A DNA stretch of 64,000 bases from Planctomycetota bacterium. Its GTDB lineage: Bacteria > Planctomycetota > GCA-002687715 > CAIWVZ01. Under the pieces are notes generated by a model, which saw only the letters and a list, made by a program, of their open reading frames with translations, made no database searches and was not told the origin of the DNA. The translations under genes and the position numbers were made by a program. Positions 58,841-64,000 of this stretch are shown here, piece by piece; position 1 is the first letter of the stretch, and each line of letters opens with the position of its first letter. The DNA lies in the NCBI GenBank assembly GCA_044222185.1, contig JBGANV010000002.1, positions 512,001 through 576,000 of the forward strand. The letters run 5' to 3'.

Positions 58841-59014
58841 CCGCGGACCCCCGGCGATCGGGGATTTCGGCGGGGGTTCCTCGAGCCCGCGCCCCGACGC
58901 CCCGCCGGCGCGAGGTTTTTCCGACGCCCCGGTAATGCTTTGCACCGCTGGCACACGGTGTTGGTGCCAGACGACTGCATGACGCGGTCGCAGAAGAAGA
59001 CAAAGGAGCTCGCC

Positions 59015-59491
59015 ATGATCCGCAACACCCTCGTCGTCGCGTCCTTGATGCTCGCCCTCGTCGCCGTTCCCGCCGCAGCCCAGACCGTCGAAGCCGGTGG
59101 CATGCCGGGCTGCCATCTGGTCGACCTGACCCCGACAGACAGCTTCACGCTGGGCACGACCTCGATCTTCCAGATCCAGGCCGGCGCGGTCGGGATCGAA
59201 GGCTACTTCTGCACCGTGTGGCAGGAGTACGCGCCGTGGGACAACGTCCCCCACGCCATGGCCGGCATCGGCGGGGAGCTCCTGATCAACCAGAACCGGA
59301 ACTTCCGGATCTTCTCCGAGGGCGGCCCGCTCACCGGGGGCCTCTTCCCGGGTCAGTCGGTCGTGATGTCGTACACCTTCCCCCAGGACCCGTCGCTGAT
59401 CGGTGTGCAGTTCGTCGTCCAGGCCTACGTGACCAACGAAACCCGCACGACGCACAACTTCACGAACGCACTCGTCGGCACCGTGAAGTGA
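59015..59491 (+). CDS. Small secreted protein consisting only of the planctomycete-type terminal beta domain
   Basis: AAGGAG SD; signal peptide AAA-Q; FPQDPSLIGVQFVVQAY...FTNAL. Confidence 0.8.
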   Translation: MIRNTLVVASLMLALVAVPAAAQTVEAGGMPGCHLVDLTPTDSFTLGTTSIFQIQAGAVGIEGYFCTVWQEYAPWDNVPHAMAGIGGELLINQNRNFRIFSEGGPLTGGLFPGQSVVMSYTFPQDPSLIGVQFVVQAYVTNETRTTHNFTNALVGTVK

Positions 59492-59516
59492 TCGAAGATC
59501 GGGTCGACCGGTCGGC

Positions 59517-59551
59517 AGGCCTCCGCCCAGGCGGGGGCCTCGCTTCGTTTT
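59517..59551 (+). terminator. Putative intrinsic terminator
   Basis: AGGCCTCCGC-N4-GCGGGGGCCT stem (one G-U pair) followed by CGCTTCGTTTT. Confidence 0.45.
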
Positions 59552-59935
59552 GCGGGCCAGTGGGCGTAGCTCCGCCCCTCCGGCCTACGCAGCCCTGCCC
59601 CCCGAGTGCTTCGCCGCATGTCGCGGTCCGCAAGCGACCACGCCGAGGCATGATCGGTTCGCTGCCGCTCCCGCGGCATCTCCCGCGCTTCGTCACCCCC
59701 TCGCTGCGCAGGAGTGCGATGCTCCCTCGACCGACCGAGAGTCCTGCCCGAAAGGGCGCCGTTCTGGATTCTCGTCGGGTGGCCGTACGATCCGGCCTAT
59801 GCCGTGTCGGCGGTCACGCCGGGTGGAGCATCGCTCTCGCGCGCAGCGGAACCTCGCGTGACCCCGGGCGTCTGAGGGCGGTCGCCGGCGGTGTCGGGTC
59901 ACCGATTCGGGCCGGCGCTGCCACGGAGCCCTCGC

Positions 59936-60784
59936 ATGAAAGCCTCGATCGCCTTGCTTCCCATCCTCCTGTTCCCGATGACCGGCGGAGCGCCAGGGAT
60001 CCCACGGATGCGCGACATCATCCCGCCGGGGATGAAGTCCGTGCGCTTCGAGCTCGTGTTCGAGGCCCCGGCCCCGGGCGCCAGCCTTTGCCGTGCCTAC
60101 GTGGTGCTCGCCGGTGACACGTTCGAGGGCATCGCGAGGAAGCAATGCGGGGACGCGCGGTGCAGCGACGAGATCGCGCTGCTCAACCCGAACATGAAGC
60201 CCGAGCGGCTGAAGCCAGGCTCCACGCTGGCGATCCCGCCGAAGCCATCTGCGGACTCCCGTCCAGCCTCGCGCCCCGATGGCGCATCCCGCGAGCCGCG
60301 TCTCCTCATGCACCTCACGCCGTCGGGGATTCTCCAGCCGAAGACGCCCGTCCCGATCCTGGAGGGGCAGATCCTGGGGGCGTTCCGCGGCCAATGCCGC
60401 GTGATCGCCGTTCCGCGGTCGGGGCTGCGTGCGGCCATGGCGTTGGACTGGACGACCGTCGACTTCGCGCATCCGCCCGCCGGCGTGAACGTATCTCCAC
60501 CGTTCACCGCCACCTCCCTTGTCGCGCACGAGGATCCGGCCGTCCGCGTCGAAGCCCGGATCGTCGTGACGTCGATCGAGGACGGGCAGGTGGCGCTCGA
60601 CCGTCACGAGCGGTGGTACGACGAGGACAAGAGGCTCACGCGCGAGAAGACGGTGCAGAACGGCGTCACGAAGACGCGGGGTGGGGCCGTGCCCTGGCCA
60701 CTCGCGCTGATCGGCGGCGGAGCGCTGATCGGAGTCCTCGGGATCGCGCGACGGCGGCGGACCCGCGCGGCCTGCTGCGCGTGA
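59936..60784 (+). CDS. LysM-domain exported protein with C-terminal TM and basic tail
   Basis: YVVLAGDTFEGIARK...IALLNP...LKPGSTLAIP; C-terminal PWPLALIGGGALIGVLGIARRRRTR. Confidence 0.8.
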   Translation: MKASIALLPILLFPMTGGAPGIPRMRDIIPPGMKSVRFELVFEAPAPGASLCRAYVVLAGDTFEGIARKQCGDARCSDEIALLNPNMKPERLKPGSTLAIPPKPSADSRPASRPDGASREPRLLMHLTPSGILQPKTPVPILEGQILGAFRGQCRVIAVPRSGLRAAMALDWTTVDFAHPPAGVNVSPPFTATSLVAHEDPAVRVEARIVVTSIEDGQVALDRHERWYDEDKRLTREKTVQNGVTKTRGGAVPWPLALIGGGALIGVLGIARRRRTRAACCA

Positions 60785-60812
60785 CATCGCGGCGACCTCC
60801 CCGAGCGCATCG

Positions 60813-61814
60813 ATGAGCCTCAGAACGACGTTGGCGATCGCAGCGGTCTCGTTGCTCCTGGCCCTCGGCTGCGCGGTGGCTCCCCTGTTCGCGTACGTGG
60901 CCACGTTGGCGACCTTCGGCCTGGCGCACGTGCTGCTGGAACTGCGCTACGTGGACCAGCGATTCACTCCACGCCTGGGCCGTGCGACCGTCGGCGCCAT
61001 CGTCACCCTGCTCGGCGCCACCGCGCTGCTCCGCGTCGTGGCGTACCTGCCCGGGACGCGGTCGCTGCCGCTTCGCGAGATGGAGCTCGGTGCGGTCGCC
61101 ATGCTGGCCGCCGTCGCGCTCGCCGTCGGGTTGCGGCGCGGCGACGCCATGGCCGGCGTGCTCGGTGCCGCGACCGTGTGCGCGATCGCGTGGGGATTGA
61201 TGGAGTCACCTTCGAGCACCCTCGTGGTGCTGGCCGTCCTCCACAACCTCACGCCCGTGGGATTCCTCGCCGAACGATTGCACGGACGCGAGCGGCGTGC
61301 GGCGATGGCGTCATGCGCGTTCGTCTTCGGCGTCGTCCCGGCGTTGATCGCGAGCGGCGTGGTCTCGGCGCTCGTGCAGCGGCTGGGCTCGTGGTCGCCG
61401 GATCTGACTCCCCTCGACGTGGGGACACTCGACCTCCACCTGGGCGTCTTCGTTCCGAGCCCGTGGATCGACGGCCCCTCGGCCATCGATTTGTTCTCGG
61501 CGGCGGCGTACCTGCAATGCGTTCACTACGCGGTCGTGATCGGAGTGTTGCCGCGGCTCGGAACAGCCCACGGCGAGGCCGGTCGCTCCAGCCTCGTCCG
61601 CTGGCCGCGCGGTGCGCCGTGGGCCCGGTACGTCGTCACGGCCTCAGTCCTGGGGTGTGCGGCGTTCGCGTCCGAATTCGTCGACGCGCGCCGCCTCTAC
61701 GGGATCGCATCCGCCGTTCATGCGTGGAGCGAGCTGCCGGTGCTGCTCCTGTCGGCTGGCGGAGGCATCTCCATGGGGCGGGCGCCGCGCCGCGGAAGCA
61801 TCGCTCCCGCATGA
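60813..61814 (+). CDS. Polytopic membrane protein with intramembrane histidines
   Basis: About 8-9 TM segments; FGLAH..LELRY, LHNLTPVGF, LQCVHY, VHAWSELP. Confidence 0.7.
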   Translation: MSLRTTLAIAAVSLLLALGCAVAPLFAYVATLATFGLAHVLLELRYVDQRFTPRLGRATVGAIVTLLGATALLRVVAYLPGTRSLPLREMELGAVAMLAAVALAVGLRRGDAMAGVLGAATVCAIAWGLMESPSSTLVVLAVLHNLTPVGFLAERLHGRERRAAMASCAFVFGVVPALIASGVVSALVQRLGSWSPDLTPLDVGTLDLHLGVFVPSPWIDGPSAIDLFSAAAYLQCVHYAVVIGVLPRLGTAHGEAGRSSLVRWPRGAPWARYVVTASVLGCAAFASEFVDARRLYGIASAVHAWSELPVLLLSAGGGISMGRAPRRGSIAPA

Positions 61815-62116
61815 TTCACTACCTCGGCACCCTCGGGCTCACGCTCGCCGTGGAGGTCGTCGTCGCCCTCTTCGTCATCCCGCGCTCGATGTGGCGTCGC
61901 CGGATCGGGGACGTCGTGCTTGCGAACCTGGTGACCCACCCGTTGGCCACCCTCGCCGTTCGCGCCTTCCTGACCCCGTGGATCGTGGCCGAGATGTCGG
62001 TGATGGGGGCGGAGGCCGTGATCTATCGCTACCTCTCGGGGTTCGGCTGGCGCCGGGCGGTCACCCTCTCCGTCGCCTGCAATCTCGTGACGGCGTTGCT
62101 GTCGTTCCTCGTGTGA
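61811..62116 (+). CDS. Small 3-4 TM membrane protein
   Basis: ATGA overlap; TLAVE...NLVTHP...E..V..AE...NL polar residues within TMs. Confidence 0.7.
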   Translation: MIHYLGTLGLTLAVEVVVALFVIPRSMWRRRIGDVVLANLVTHPLATLAVRAFLTPWIVAEMSVMGAEAVIYRYLSGFGWRRAVTLSVACNLVTALLSFLV

Positions 62117-62180
62117 CGGCCAGAGGGTTCGAGGCGCAAACCGCCTCCGCCGCTCGTCGCGGGGGGCGACTGCGTACACA

Positions 62181-63059
62181 ATGCGACCGATGAGTGCCAC
62201 CGGGTTCCGCATCGGATACGCGACGAGCGGGTTCTCCTCACATCGCCTCGAGGATGCACTCGACGTGCTGGCGAGGCTCGGGTACGGGGGCGTCTCGCTC
62301 ACTCTCGACGTGCAGCACCTCGATCCGTTCGCACCGGACCTCGCCGCGCGCGTGGCCCACATCCGCGCGCGGCTCGACCGGCTCGGCCTCTCGGTCGTGG
62401 TGGAGACGGGCGCGCGCTTCATCCTCGATCCCATGCGCAAGCACCATCCGACGCTGCTCTCGCGCGAGGGTTCGGAGCGGCGGCGGGAGTTCCTGTGCCT
62501 TGCAATCGACGTCGCCCGCGATCTCGGCGCCGAGGGCGTATCGCTGTGGGCCGGCGCACGTCCGGCCGACATGAGTGACGGCGAGGCATGGGATCGATTG
62601 TTGATCGGGCTCGACCAGGTGCTCGATCACGGCTCGCGGGCGGGCGTTCGCGTGGGGCTCGAACCCGAGCCCGGGATGCTCGTCGACACCGTCGCGGGCT
62701 GGCGCAGGCTCGCAGAGCGGTTGGGCGGACGGGAGCGACTCGGGCTGAGCCTCGACATCGGACACTTGCTGGTGAACGGCGAGGCCGAACCGGCGGACGT
62801 CATCCGCGCCGAAGCTCCCCACCTCGTCACGGTCGCCATCGAGGACATGAAGCGGGGAATCCACGAACACCTTCCGTTCGGTGAAGGTGACCTGGACCTT
62901 CCGACCACGCTCGCTGCACTCCGCGACTGCGGATACGGCGGCCTCGTCGCCGTCGAACTGGCGAGGCATGGACACGACGCCGTGAGGGTGGCTACGGCCT
63001 GCCGGGAAGTCCTGGCGAAGCACGGCGTCTCATTCCGAGGTCGCTCCACGCACTCATGA
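62181..63059 (+). CDS. Sugar phosphate isomerase/epimerase (AP endonuclease 2 TIM barrel)
   Basis: VVETGARF, LEPEPG, LDIGH, IEDM..G.HEHLPFGEG, VEL.RH. Confidence 0.85.
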   Translation: MRPMSATGFRIGYATSGFSSHRLEDALDVLARLGYGGVSLTLDVQHLDPFAPDLAARVAHIRARLDRLGLSVVVETGARFILDPMRKHHPTLLSREGSERRREFLCLAIDVARDLGAEGVSLWAGARPADMSDGEAWDRLLIGLDQVLDHGSRAGVRVGLEPEPGMLVDTVAGWRRLAERLGGRERLGLSLDIGHLLVNGEAEPADVIRAEAPHLVTVAIEDMKRGIHEHLPFGEGDLDLPTTLAALRDCGYGGLVAVELARHGHDAVRVATACREVLAKHGVSFRGRSTHS

Positions 63060-64000
63060 TTCCGCTCCTCGGCCTCGCGTTGTTCGCGATCTCGTTCGGT
63101 GTGGCCGCGGGACTGCTTCCGTGGATCCGCCGGCGCGCCGTCACGGCCGGCGCCGTCGACCGACCCGATGGGGGACGGAAGGACCACGCCGAAGCCGTCG
63201 CCTACGGCGGCGGAGTGGCCGTCCTCGCGGCGATCGCGGTTCCGGTCGGCCTGGGCATTCTCGTTGCGCTGATCGGGGGCGATGCCTCCTGGGTGCCGGA
63301 GGCGATCCGAATCCACTCGCCTGGAATCCGCCAGCAGGCACCGCAGGTCGCCGCCATCCTCGGTGGCGCGGCCGTGATGATGGTGATGGGCTGGATCGAC
63401 GATCGCCGGAGGCTCCCCGCGGTGCCGCGCCTCATCGTCGAGATTCTCGCGGCGCTCGCCCTGGCCCTCAGCGGGGTCCGTGTCACCGCCTTCCTGCCGG
63501 AGCCGTGGATGCACGTGGCGGCGACGGTCGTCTTCGTCGTGTTCGCGACGAACGCGACCAACTTCATCGACAACATGAACGGGCAGCTCACGGGGGTGGC
63601 GGCGATCCAGACCGCTGGCTTCCTCGCGATCGCCGCCAGCTCGGGCCAGCTCTTCGTGGCCGCGAGTCTCATCTGCCTTTTGGGAGGCCTTCTGGCCTTC
63701 CTGCCGTGGAATTTTCCCCGCGCGCGGATCTTCCTCGGCGATGCCGGCAGTCTGCCCATCGGGTTTCTACTCTCGGCGCTGACGATCACCTGCAGGTTCC
63801 AGGACGGCGGCATCACGGCGCGGCCCTTCGTCGTGCCGATCCTCCTTTTGTTCGTTCCGCTGGTCGACGGATGCGTCGTCGTCGTGTCACGGTTGCGGCG
63901 CGGAGTCCACCCGTTCACGGCAGGCCACGATCACCTGGCGCACCGCATCGCGGCGCGCGGGCGGACGCGGACTTCCGCCGTCGTCGTGTTGTGGGGTTTC
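63056..64000 (+). CDS. MraY/WecA family (GT4) undecaprenyl-phosphate GlcNAc-1-P transferase, 3'-truncated
   Basis: Absent from the ORF track because it has no stop in the window. Translated by hand: RKDH...YGGG, GWIDD, NATNFIDNMNG, NFPRARIFLGDAGS, PFTAGHDHLAHR. ATGA overlap with the upstream gene. Confidence 0.88.
   Translation, partial: MIPLLGLALFAISFGVAAGLLPWIRRRAVTAGAVDRPDGGRKDHAEAVAYGGGVAVLAAIAVPVGLGILVALIGGDASWVPEAIRIHSPGIRQQAPQVAAILGGAAVMMVMGWIDDRRRLPAVPRLIVEILAALALALSGVRVTAFLPEPWMHVAATVVFVVFATNATNFIDNMNGQLTGVAAIQTAGFLAIAASSGQLFVAASLICLLGGLLAFLPWNFPRARIFLGDAGSLPIGFLLSALTITCRFQDGGITARPFVVPILLLFVPLVDGCVVVVSRLRRGVHPFTAGHDHLAHRIAARGRTRTSAVVVLWGF

Overview
High-GC bacterial chromosomal window, probably from a Planctomycetota lineage. 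That is inferred from the planctomycete-type ECF sigma factors, the sigma-TM-carboxypeptidase-regulatory fusion and the many secreted FG-GAP/IPT proteins. About 45 CDSs; no rRNA, tRNA, CRISPR array, transposase or integrase was seen. Housekeeping and accessory genes include RNase HIII, a beta-CASP RNase, an M48 protease, a SagB-like oxidoreductase, LpxO, GH172, a class A beta-lactamase-like lipoprotein, TamB plus a lipoprotein TamA/TamL, TlpA, an amidase, a CDF exporter, CHAD-CYTH, RNase D and WecA. Most notable: (1) a translationally coupled operon of nucleotidyltransferase, TIGR04222 membrane protein with a Cys/Gly tail, DUF692/MNIO enzyme and small partner, a candidate system for modifying a membrane-protein tail; (2) an AABB block of duplicated secreted proteins (astacin/FG-GAP and NIDO-like), with the same ECF-type promoter motif exactly 209 nt upstream of both astacin paralogs; (3) a recurrent ~120-aa terminal beta-domain in six secreted proteins, one of which consists of little else; (4) a stand-alone MAD3/MAD4-like ATPase-TOPRIM pair; (5) a LysM/membrane-enzyme trio; (6) a 114-bp palindromic intergenic repeat. 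All family calls are by motif recognition; no database search was run.
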